In this document: positions 7,554-14,503 of the stretch, one piece after another | How the letters are laid out: every line of letters begins with the position of its first letter | How positions within the stretch are numbered: the first letter of the stretch is position 1 | DNA from: Candidatus Bipolaricaulia bacterium | GTDB lineage: Bacteria > Bipolaricaulota > Bipolaricaulia > JBHIAT01 | Assembly (NCBI GenBank): GCA_046758705.1 | Contig: JBHIAT010000060.1 | Span: 1 to 19,134, forward strand | Length of the DNA stretch: 19,134 bases | Direction of reading: 5' to 3' | Notes under the pieces: generated by a model | Seen by the model: the letters and a program-made list of their open reading frames with translations, nothing else | Told to the model about the DNA's origin: nothing | The model's database searches: none | Made by a program: the position numbers and the translations under genes

Positions 7554-9281
7554 ATGTCTAAAGCAGTGGGCATTGATCTGGGGACCACCAACTCGGTAGC
7601 GGCTGTCATAGAGAACGGTCGGCCCATCGTGATACCCAACGCGGAAGGTGGGCGACTCACTCCATCGGTGGTTGCGTTTCAACGGGACGGAGCCCGATTG
7701 GCCGGACAGTTAGCAAAAAGACAGGCCGCAGCGAACCCAGAGCATACCATCTTTTCGATCAAGCGGCAGATGGGGGACGGCTGGAAGATGAGAGTTGATG
7801 GGGTCGCCTATACCCCCGAGAAGATCTCCAGTCTGATCTTGGGAAAGATCAAAGCCGATGTAGAAAGCTATTTGGGCGAGCGGGTGGAGCAGGCCGTGAT
7901 TACCGTGCCGGCTTACTTCAACGACCACCAGCGTCGGGCGACCCAAGCTGCGGCCAGAATCGCCGGGCTGGAGGTGCTCAGAATCATCAACGAGCCCACC
8001 GCCGCCGCGTTGTCGTATGGATTGCATCGGCAAAGGGTTCATAAGATCCTGGTTTGGGACCTGGGGGGCGGCACGTTTGACGTCTCCATCTTAGCATTGA
8101 GTGAAGGGTTTTTTAGAGTGGTGGCCGTCAATGGGAATACCCGACTGGGGGGAGATGACTGGGATCAGCGGATCACGCAGTATTTGGTCGATAAGCTCGC
8201 CCATGAGCACGGGATTGAGCTGCGGGAGGACAAGATAGCTTATCAAAGGCTGAAACAGGCCGCAGAGACGGCCAAGATTGAGCTATCCAGCCAATCGGTC
8301 ACCGATGTGAGGTTGCCGTTTATCAGCGACACCGACACTCACCCCCTGAATATCACCTTAACCCGGGAGCAAGTTGAGGCGTTAACGGAAGACCTCCTGG
8401 AGAAGATGGTCGCTCCCACCCGACAAGCGCTTGCCGATGCCGAACTGAAATCTGAAGATATCGATCGCGTCGTTTTAGTCGGCGGAGCCACCCGGATCCC
8501 CGCCGTCCAAGCGTTGGCCAAAGAACTTTTGGGACAAGAACCCTATAAGGAGATTGACCCCGATCAGGTCGTAGCCGTAGGCGCAGCGATTCAGGCGGGT
8601 ATTCTGACCGGCGAAGTCAAAGATGTGATCCTGGTCGATGTGACCCCATTATCTTTGGGCATTGAGACCCGAGGTGGAATCTTCGCGAAAATCATCGGCA
8701 GGAATACGACCATTCCCGTCTCCCGAGGACAGATATTTACCAACGCCTACGATGATCAGGCTGAAATAGATGTCCATGTCCTGCAAGGGGAGAGGGAGTT
8801 AGCTGAGTATAATATGAGTTTAGGCAAATTTCAGCTGGATATTCCTCCATTAGAACGGGGAAAAGCAAGAATTGAGGTGAACTTTAACATCGACGTCGAC
8901 GGCATTATCCATGTGACCGCCCGTGATCTCCATACCGATCATGAGAAAAGGGTCATCATCGATTCTCCTTCTGGATTATCAGAGGAGGAGATCGAGGCGA
9001 TGGTGAAGGAAGCCCGCCAACACGCCCAACAGGATGAACATAAGCGAAGGGAGATAGAGGTAAAGATTCGTGCGGATAACGCAATCCATGTAGCAGAAGG
9101 GATAATCGAGGAGGTAACGGACGAATCCCAACGGAAGGAACTGCAACAGGCCATATTAAGAACAAAAGATGCCCTTTCCGGTGAAGATAGCGACATGATC
9201 AACCTAAGAACTGAGGAGTTGGGTGAGCTCATTGAGAATTGGGAACGCCAATGCCAACAGACCTCCCTTACTAGAGGATGA
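7554..9281 (+). CDS. dnaK: Hsp70/DnaK-family chaperone, gas-vesicle-cluster paralog
   Basis: GIDLGTTNS, AVITVPAYFND, DLGGGTFDVS, VVLVGGATRIP and linker DVILVDVTPLSLGIET. 575 aa with a short C-terminus. No grpE, dnaJ or hrcA adjacent. Confidence 0.93.
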   Translation: MSKAVGIDLGTTNSVAAVIENGRPIVIPNAEGGRLTPSVVAFQRDGARLAGQLAKRQAAANPEHTIFSIKRQMGDGWKMRVDGVAYTPEKISSLILGKIKADVESYLGERVEQAVITVPAYFNDHQRRATQAAARIAGLEVLRIINEPTAAALSYGLHRQRVHKILVWDLGGGTFDVSILALSEGFFRVVAVNGNTRLGGDDWDQRITQYLVDKLAHEHGIELREDKIAYQRLKQAAETAKIELSSQSVTDVRLPFISDTDTHPLNITLTREQVEALTEDLLEKMVAPTRQALADAELKSEDIDRVVLVGGATRIPAVQALAKELLGQEPYKEIDPDQVVAVGAAIQAGILTGEVKDVILVDVTPLSLGIETRGGIFAKIIGRNTTIPVSRGQIFTNAYDDQAEIDVHVLQGERELAEYNMSLGKFQLDIPPLERGKARIEVNFNIDVDGIIHVTARDLHTDHEKRVIIDSPSGLSEEEIEAMVKEARQHAQQDEHKRREIEVKIRADNAIHVAEGIIEEVTDESQRKELQQAILRTKDALSGEDSDMINLRTEELGELIENWERQCQQTSLTRG

Positions 9282-10167
9282 ACCGGTCATCTTATCCGGT
9301 CAGGGGGTCTGCAAAGATAATGGTTCACGATCGGGCTGGAGACCTGGGCATCTTTATCTGACCCAGAAAAGATTGCTCCTGTTTCAACCGGCAGGGATGA
9401 TATTTGAAACCCTGCTAGATAACGTTACGGATATCTCAGTGGGGAAAAAACAGTTTGTCCTGACGAAGAAGCCAGCCATTTGCATATCCTATAAGCATCC
9501 GAGAAGTGAAACAAGCTCAAAGATCTGGATCATCGCAGACGACCTTAACACCTGGAAGAGAGAGATATATGGAAGAACGCTGTTAACGATTGATGAGCAG
9601 GCGGTCGATCGAATCGTTCAACAGTTGGATCAAGACAGCCAGGAGATACTCTGGTATTGTTGGAGAAACGGACACGCGACGATCGATGAATTATCCGAAG
9701 TGATGAAAGCCCTGGCTCACATGGATCTCCTCCATAAGATCAAGAAGGTGATCAACCCGACCGCGGAGCGGACGATCGGAAGTCCGATATTGACATTTGA
9801 ACGATCCAGAGTTGATCCGGTGACCGGGGAGAAGATCTTATTCGGTTGGTGGCTTATGGGCAAAAAGTGTCTGGAGGGAAGGGAGCCGATCCTGGATATC
9901 TTCGACGAGGAAGATCATCTCACGGTGATCCTGGAGCTACTGGATGTCCAGGTCCAGGAAGAGGAGATCCTGGTGAGAGCGGGAGATGATGAGCTGACCG
10001 TATCGGCTAGAGGGTACCATAAGAAATTTTCTCTGCCGGCAGAGGTCCACAGTGAGGTATTCACCCAAAGGTGCAACAATAACATGTTACAGATCAAACT
10101 GAACAAGACAAATGGGTCGGGACGGGACAGCGTTCACCGTTTCAGCGGACGTAGATCCCTTCCCTGA
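9223..10167 (+). CDS. multi-domain protein: GRAM/PH-like N-terminus, wHTH-like middle, Hsp20/alpha-crystallin C-terminus
   Basis: WRPGHLYLTQKRLLLF (GRAM/PH-like), SQEILWYCWRNGHATIDELSEVM (HTH-like) and EPILDIFDEEDHLTVILEL...FSLP...NNNMLQIKLNK (ACD). Start is uncertain and overlaps the dnaK 3' end. Confidence 0.72.
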   Translation: MSSLRIGNANANRPPLLEDEPVILSGQGVCKDNGSRSGWRPGHLYLTQKRLLLFQPAGMIFETLLDNVTDISVGKKQFVLTKKPAICISYKHPRSETSSKIWIIADDLNTWKREIYGRTLLTIDEQAVDRIVQQLDQDSQEILWYCWRNGHATIDELSEVMKALAHMDLLHKIKKVINPTAERTIGSPILTFERSRVDPVTGEKILFGWWLMGKKCLEGREPILDIFDEEDHLTVILELLDVQVQEEEILVRAGDDELTVSARGYHKKFSLPAEVHSEVFTQRCNNNMLQIKLNKTNGSGRDSVHRFSGRRSLP

Positions 10168-10256
10168 GTCACGAAGTGGATGTTCTGGGTGAACGCCTGT
10201 CCTTCATCCAGACAGGGATGGAGGCTAAACTTTTGAGGCTGGCAAAGGAAGAGTAA
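10114..10256 (+). repeat. ~130-bp repeated element, copy 1 (upstream of an Hsp20/GvpH-like gene)
   Basis: 10125-10256 aligns with 15301-15433 with 19 substitutions and one 1-nt indel. Confidence 0.9.
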
Positions 10257-10259
10257 GCA

Positions 10260-10796
10260 ATGGGAGGTGAAGAGATGACCGGTAAACGGGAAGGAGAAGA
10301 GAAGAAAGCACCTGAGTTCGATATCGGCATTGACCTGGGGGGGCTGTTCGGGGGAATCTTCAAAGGGATCAATGATCTGGCCGACTTGGCCGCAGAGCTG
10401 GCCGAAAAAGGGGAGGTGGTCCGAGAGGGAGCGTTCGACTTCGAGGATCGTAAAGGGAGGTTCGGCTTCGCCATGAAGACCGGGGTCGCGGACGACACGG
10501 AATTTAGAGTCCGCACATCCGAAAGGAAAAAAACCGGTAAGCGCGAGGAGATCCGCGAACCCCTCATCGACATGTTTGAGGAGGAGGACGAGACGGTGAT
10601 CTACGTCGAACTCCCCGGGGTCGAGCAGCAGGATATCAAGACCGAACTGAAACAAGGTCGCTTGCACATAGAAGCTGAGCACAGAGGGATTAAATACAAA
10701 AAGGAGATAGAGCTGTCTGAGCGTGCCAAAGGCGAGCCAAGCTACGAATACAAGAACGGCATCTTGAAGGTCCGGTTCGCTCAGTCAGAGAGATGA
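10260..10796 (+). CDS. Hsp20/alpha-crystallin family protein, GvpH-like
   Basis: LGGLFGGIF N-terminus and REPLIDMFEEEDETVIYVELPGVE...YKNGILKVRF alpha-crystallin domain. Confidence 0.85.
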   Translation: MGGEEMTGKREGEEKKAPEFDIGIDLGGLFGGIFKGINDLADLAAELAEKGEVVREGAFDFEDRKGRFGFAMKTGVADDTEFRVRTSERKKTGKREEIREPLIDMFEEEDETVIYVELPGVEQQDIKTELKQGRLHIEAEHRGIKYKKEIELSERAKGEPSYEYKNGILKVRFAQSER

Positions 10797-10820
10797 AACC
10801 GCGAATACTGGCGGTGAGGA

Positions 10821-10877
10821 ATGCTCTATCGGGTGGATAAGAGATTGCCTGGGGATATCAAGGTCATTTATCTTTCA
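10821..10877 (+). pseudogene. remnant of the 3' end of the 17153-17692 hypothetical gene
   Basis: 51/57 nt identical to 17636-17692. Translates MLYRVDKRLPGDIKVIYL versus VLHRVDKRLPGDIKVTHL. Confidence 0.85.
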
Positions 10878-11282
10878 AGCCTCCGTGGTCCGTTTCAAAA
10901 GCGCTATGGAAAAGATTCCGTTCTTCGAGGTGATCTTCGGCCGACCTGTCACCGCGCATGGAAGCTCAACACATTGTCTGAGGCGCAACGGGACACTAAG
11001 CCGGACCATATTCCTGTCTACATCGACTTTCAAAGCTGATTTTTCGATATACATCGGAAATACTGCCAATATTTTTATGGTATTTCGCTCTTCAAACACA
11101 TTGATCAGCGATTCTCTCCTGTTTACCTGAATCTGATCGCGTTTCCCATTGCTCTTTACCCACTGCTTTGGCCACCCGTTGGCTGTGGTGATCGGGTGAC
11201 TTCTTCTGGCGTTACGAGGCCGAGTCCTGACTGCCTTAGACCTTCCCGTTACTCCTCCTAAAGTACGAATCCTGATAATCAT
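10875..11282 (-). CDS. divergent, basic Hsp20/alpha-crystallin (GvpH-like) protein
   Basis: RESLINVFEERNTIKILAVFP...VELPCAVTGRPKITSKNGIFSIAL parallels the other ACD paralogs. ATG 11282 follows GAGGAGGGG on the - strand. Confidence 0.75.
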   Translation of the reverse strand: MIIRIRTLGGVTGRSKAVRTRPRNARRSHPITTANGWPKQWVKSNGKRDQIQVNRRESLINVFEERNTIKILAVFPMYIEKSALKVDVDRNMVRLSVPLRLRQCVELPCAVTGRPKITSKNGIFSIALLKRTTEA

Positions 11283-11305
11283 CGCGACCCCTCCTCGGGC
11301 ATCCA

Positions 11306-11371
11306 AGACATCCCGAATGTCCTACAGAGATATCCTAAATGACCAATCAGAATGGCTCAAATGTCCTACTA
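11306..11371. promoter_or_regulatory. three phased 22-bp units, candidate operator array
   Basis: AATGTCCTAC at 11316, AATGACCAAT at 11338 and AATGTCCTAC at 11360. Unit 1 contains the palindrome GACAT-N5-ATGTC. Confidence 0.55.
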
Positions 11372-11487
11372 AGGTTATTTTACCCAGGATTCATCGTCAA
11401 GGGGTATGAGAAGGGAACTTTGTCCCATTGTTGCCTTGAGCTTATATCTCACCAGATTAACCATCCCCTAAGGGCATGAACCGGATT

Positions 11488-11597
11488 GGGTCGAAACAAC
11501 AGTCACCTTTTCAACGAACGTAGATCCCTTCCTGGGTTAACGCATGTCCTTCATCCCGGGAGAGATGGAGACTAAAATCCTGAGGGTGGCAATAGAG
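11488..11597 (+). repeat. ~130-bp repeated element, copy 2 (internal ~22-bp deletion)
   Basis: TCACCTTTTCAACGAACGTAGATCCCTTCC...TGTCCTTCATCC...GATGGAGACTAAAATCCTGAGGGTGGCAA matches copies 1 and 3. Confidence 0.85.
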
Positions 11598-11639
11598 ACC
11601 GAGTTGCCCAGCTACTCGGGATCCTCCTTCTTAGAGGCT

Positions 11640-11807
11640 GACCGGCTGCATCCCGATCATAACCCCGAGAATCTGGAGGCCGAGGCCCACATGGCCGCGC
11701 TGACCCGGGCCTATCGGCTCCTCACCGCCTACGCCGAAAGCCAGGCGCTGACAAACGCCGACGTGCATTGTGACTTCAGCCAGGAGGTGCCAGTCCAAGC
11801 CAAATGA
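11640..11807 (+). pseudogene. J-domain C-terminal fragment, probable remnant of a second GvpL/F-J fusion
   Basis: RLHPDHNPENLEAEAHMAALTRAYRLL = HPD loop plus helix III only. The N-terminus of ORF 11544-11807 derives from the repeat element. Confidence 0.7.
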
Positions 11808-12676
11808 TGCAGGCTATCATGTACCAGAACCAGAACGACCGCGAACACGCTTACTACGTCTACGCCGTCGCCCAATCCCAGGACAGCCGGGAGCCTGGCC
11901 CCTTGCCGGCCGAGGGCATCGTCCCGCAGGTTTCGGTCTCTACTCTGACCTACCGGGACCTGCTCGCCGTCGTTAGCCCCGTTCCCTTGGCGGAGTTCGG
12001 CCCGCTGGCTCTAGAGGATCACCTACAGGATGCGGACTGGGCCCAAGCCCGGGTACTGGCCCACCAGCAGGTCCTGGCGGCGCTCCTCGATGGCTACACC
12101 CTGGTTCCCTTCAAGTTCTGCACTCTCTACCACAGCTGGGTGCGGGTACGGGAGATGCTGGCCTGGCACTATGAGGCTCTGAACCAGGCCTTGCAGCGCC
12201 TGAAAGGAGCTACCGAGTGGGGCGTCAAGCTCTACTGCGACCGGCGGGCGCTGATGGAATGGGTGCGGAAGGACAGCGGGGTACTCCAATCGCAGCGGGA
12301 GGCGATCGCTCAGGCATCAGCGGGAGTCGGCTATTTTCTGCGCAAGAAGTTAGAGCAGGAAGCAGAGGAAGAGGTTGAGCGGGTGATGGATGTCTGCGTA
12401 AACGAGAGCCACTGGCATTTGGCCGACTGTGCCCGGGAAGCGGTCACCAATCCAGTCCAGCCTCCGACGGTGCACGGACACAAGGCCGAGATGGTCCTCA
12501 ACAGCGCCTATCTGGTGGACGAGATCGACCTGGAGGCGTTTCGGAGGACCCTGGCGATCCTGGAGAGGAGCTATGCCCCCCAGTTCCGGTACGAACTAAC
12601 GGGCCCCTGGCCCCCTTACAACTTCGCCACCCTAGAGCTAGAGGAGGTTACCGATGAGTCCAGCCCGGTGGAATGA
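11804..12676 (+). CDS. gvpL: GvpL/GvpF-family gas vesicle protein (second-cluster fragment)
   Basis: YYVYAVA, AHQQVL, LVPFKFCTLY, EWGVKLY, MVLNSAYLVD and TGPWPPYNF motifs. Confidence 0.9.
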   Translation: MMQAIMYQNQNDREHAYYVYAVAQSQDSREPGPLPAEGIVPQVSVSTLTYRDLLAVVSPVPLAEFGPLALEDHLQDADWAQARVLAHQQVLAALLDGYTLVPFKFCTLYHSWVRVREMLAWHYEALNQALQRLKGATEWGVKLYCDRRALMEWVRKDSGVLQSQREAIAQASAGVGYFLRKKLEQEAEEEVERVMDVCVNESHWHLADCAREAVTNPVQPPTVHGHKAEMVLNSAYLVDEIDLEAFRRTLAILERSYAPQFRYELTGPWPPYNFATLELEEVTDESSPVE

Positions 12677-12881
12677 GAATGGACGCGATGTCGCCCTGGT
12701 GGAGCTCCTGGACCGCGCCCTGGACAAAGGGGTGATCCTCTGGGGAGACATCATCCTGTCCGTGGCCGACGTGGACCTGATTTACGTGGGTCTGAAGGTG
12801 CTGTTGAGCTCGGTGGAGACGGCTGAGCGGATGCGGAGCGCAGTGGCTCAACCGACACTAGAGCTGGAGCGTAAACCATGA
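12654..12881 (+). CDS. GvpA/J/S-family small gas vesicle protein (GvpS-like)
   Basis: VALVELLDRALDKGVILWGDIILSVADVDLIYVGLKVLLSSVETA resembles bacterial GvpS/GvpJ. Confidence 0.85.
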   Translation: MSPARWNENGRDVALVELLDRALDKGVILWGDIILSVADVDLIYVGLKVLLSSVETAERMRSAVAQPTLELERKP

Positions 12882-13058
12882 TGTATCTATATGCCATCAC
12901 CGACCGACCCGAGGCACCCGTGCCTGCCGGGCCCAGCCTGGAGGAAGCTTCCCCCCTCAGCCTCTCCTACCGGGGCATCGCTGCCGTGGTCAGTCCCCTC
13001 ATCATGGCCGAAGTGCCGCTGACGGCGGTTAACCTGTGGCGTCATGAGGCGGTTGTGA
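12878..13058 (+). pseudogene. truncated GvpL/GvpF-family gene (N-terminal ~60 codons)
   Basis: MYLYAITD...GIAAVVSP...NLWRHEAVV is a GvpL/F N-terminus. Homology stops abruptly and the ORF runs on into AT-richer sequence to 13237. Confidence 0.8.
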
Positions 13059-13230
13059 GGGTGCCAGGCAGATCGGTGCGAAAATATATGATTTGGTCAA
13101 CTGTCCAATTCAATGTTCTCTTTTCCTATCTCCCTAATGTCTCAAAAGGAGAAAAATCAGACACTACAGTAAAAACAGCAGTCCCTTTGATCCTTCTGAA
13201 ATCCCCTAGGAGCGGGAATCAAGTTTGCCA

Positions 13231-13262
13231 AAACTAGACAATATGTATGAATTGTCTAGTTT
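13231..13262. repeat. perfect 12-bp inverted repeat
   Basis: AAACTAGACAAT-atgtatga-ATTGTCTAGTTT. Confidence 0.9.
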
Positions 13263-13411
13263 CCAGGGTTTGTTGAATAATTGACTCTGGCAGTTGGTCA
13301 GGTGCAGCGAGTGGTTAGCCCGCCTTCTGCTCTATCTGCATAGGGTGTGAGCAACAGCAACACCCTCTGAGATTCAACCCCCGTTGCGACAACCTCAAAA
13401 CTGTCTGATCC

Positions 13412-13448
13412 TTTTTGGCTTATACCTGGTGTGGGTGTAAGCCAAAAA
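13412..13448. repeat. 15-bp inverted repeat (one G-T pair)
   Basis: TTTTTGGCTTATACC-tggtgtg-GGTGTAAGCCAAAAA. Confidence 0.9.
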
Positions 13449-13590
13449 AGTCACGGGGATGGCCCGACAAGCCCGTCAGGACCCCGATCCGGTCTATGTC
13501 CAGGGTGCCCGAAACCGTTGAAGGGCAATAGAAAGCCGCTCAGAACACGCTACATCCTGCATGGGCAGGGTGATTTGTAAAGGGGGAATA

Positions 13591-14073
13591 CTAAAAAGCC
13601 AACGTGAAGAAGCCACCAGGCCCGTTATAGATCAACACACAATGCGAGAGCACGTCACGGCCTACCAACACAACGATATCTTGACCCCCAGTACTTTGCC
13701 CTTTGAGATCCACACCCACTACGGAACTGAACTCGGTTTCCAAGGCCACCCCCGGGAAGCGGAATTTTGCAGGATAGAGATTGTGTTGACCTAGCCCGCG
13801 AGCGCTTCCTATGGTGGTTACGCCGATGGGACTAACCCCTAGGCTCTCGATAGCTTGCACATCGACGCAACTCCTCGACGCTCCCGTGTCAATGAGTGCC
13901 AAGCCGGACACTGGTGCAGGAATTGGTTGGTCTTGTTCAGTCAGGTATTGGGCAAGTACTGAGGGAACAGAAACCTCGACGTTTAGGAGGGGACCTATTT
14001 GCCTCAGGACCTTGGGATCAACCTTGACAGGCCCTTGTTGAGGCAATTGAAAGAATCGGCTATAAACGGGCAT
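13591..14073 (-). CDS. retropepsin-like (clan AA) aspartyl protease
   Basis: Catalytic ALIDTGASRSCV and C-terminal VLVGRDVLSHCVLIYNG motif. Confidence 0.88.
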   Translation of the reverse strand: MPVYSRFFQLPQQGPVKVDPKVLRQIGPLLNVEVSVPSVLAQYLTEQDQPIPAPVSGLALIDTGASRSCVDVQAIESLGVSPIGVTTIGSARGLGQHNLYPAKFRFPGVALETEFSSVVGVDLKGQSTGGQDIVVLVGRDVLSHCVLIYNGPGGFFTLAF

Positions 14074-14314
14074 TGATCAACCCCAGCGTTAATGTAGGGA
14101 TGTAATCAACCTCTTCCGTTTCATCCTTGACAACCAGCTTGATAAGAAAGGGTTGGTTCCCAAGCTCCCTGATCCCCGCTTCATAGGCTTCAGACTCCGT
14201 GGTAAAGGCCCCTTTCAGGGAGTCATCCTTGATCAAAACAAATTGATTCTCGTAATGCTCTACCAACTCTTCCTTATGAGCATTGTAATATTCAAGTTCC
14301 TTTTCCAAGGCCAT
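14060..14314 (-). CDS. DUF5678-like small protein
   Basis: ELEYYNAHKEELVEHYENQFVLIKDDSLKGAFTTESEAYEAG...PFLIKLV pattern. Overlaps the protease start by 14 nt. RBS GAGGGAG. Confidence 0.78.
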   Translation of the reverse strand: MALEKELEYYNAHKEELVEHYENQFVLIKDDSLKGAFTTESEAYEAGIRELGNQPFLIKLVVKDETEEVDYIPTLTLGLINARL

Positions 14315-14339
14315 TCCATTCTCTCCCTCTGTTCGTCTT

Positions 14340-14368
14340 AATGTAACATATTGATATAAAGATGTCAA
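14340..14368 (-). promoter_or_regulatory. sigma70-type promoter for the DUF5678/protease pair
   Basis: On the - strand: TTGACA (14368-14363), 17 nt, TGn-TACATT (14345-14340), about 26 nt upstream of the ATG. Confidence 0.75.
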
Positions 14369-14503
14369 TTGCAAAGACCCTCTGTCTACTATGGGTAGGG
14401 TGATCCGTCAATTTCCCCGTCTGAACCAGCGCCTGTTCGCCCTCCTCAAGTGATGCACAGCTTGCGCTTGAGGCCATAGGGGAGATTGCAAGCCGCGTTC
14501 GCG

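Noticed and set aside
7554-9281. Canonical heat-shock dnaK operon or CIRCE element
   Set aside because: No hrcA, grpE or full-length dnaJ, and I saw no TTAGCACTC-N9-GAGTGCTAA site.
10152-10154. Genome-wide TAG recoding (pyrrolysine or alternative code)
   Set aside because: TAG terminates gvpN, the wHTH gene and gvpJ normally, right before the next genes.
10821-11130. ORFs 10821-11039 and 10885-11130 (+) as real genes
   Set aside because: Only the first 19 codons of the first ORF are a gene remnant. The rest is antisense to the Hsp20-like gene.
11544-11807. Intact 87-aa gene
   Set aside because: It is a chimera of repeat-element sequence and half a J-domain, so it is treated as a remnant.
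13076-13580. Group II intron starting at GTGCG
   Set aside because: No domain V/VI consensus, no RT/maturase, and the interrupted gene does not resume downstream.
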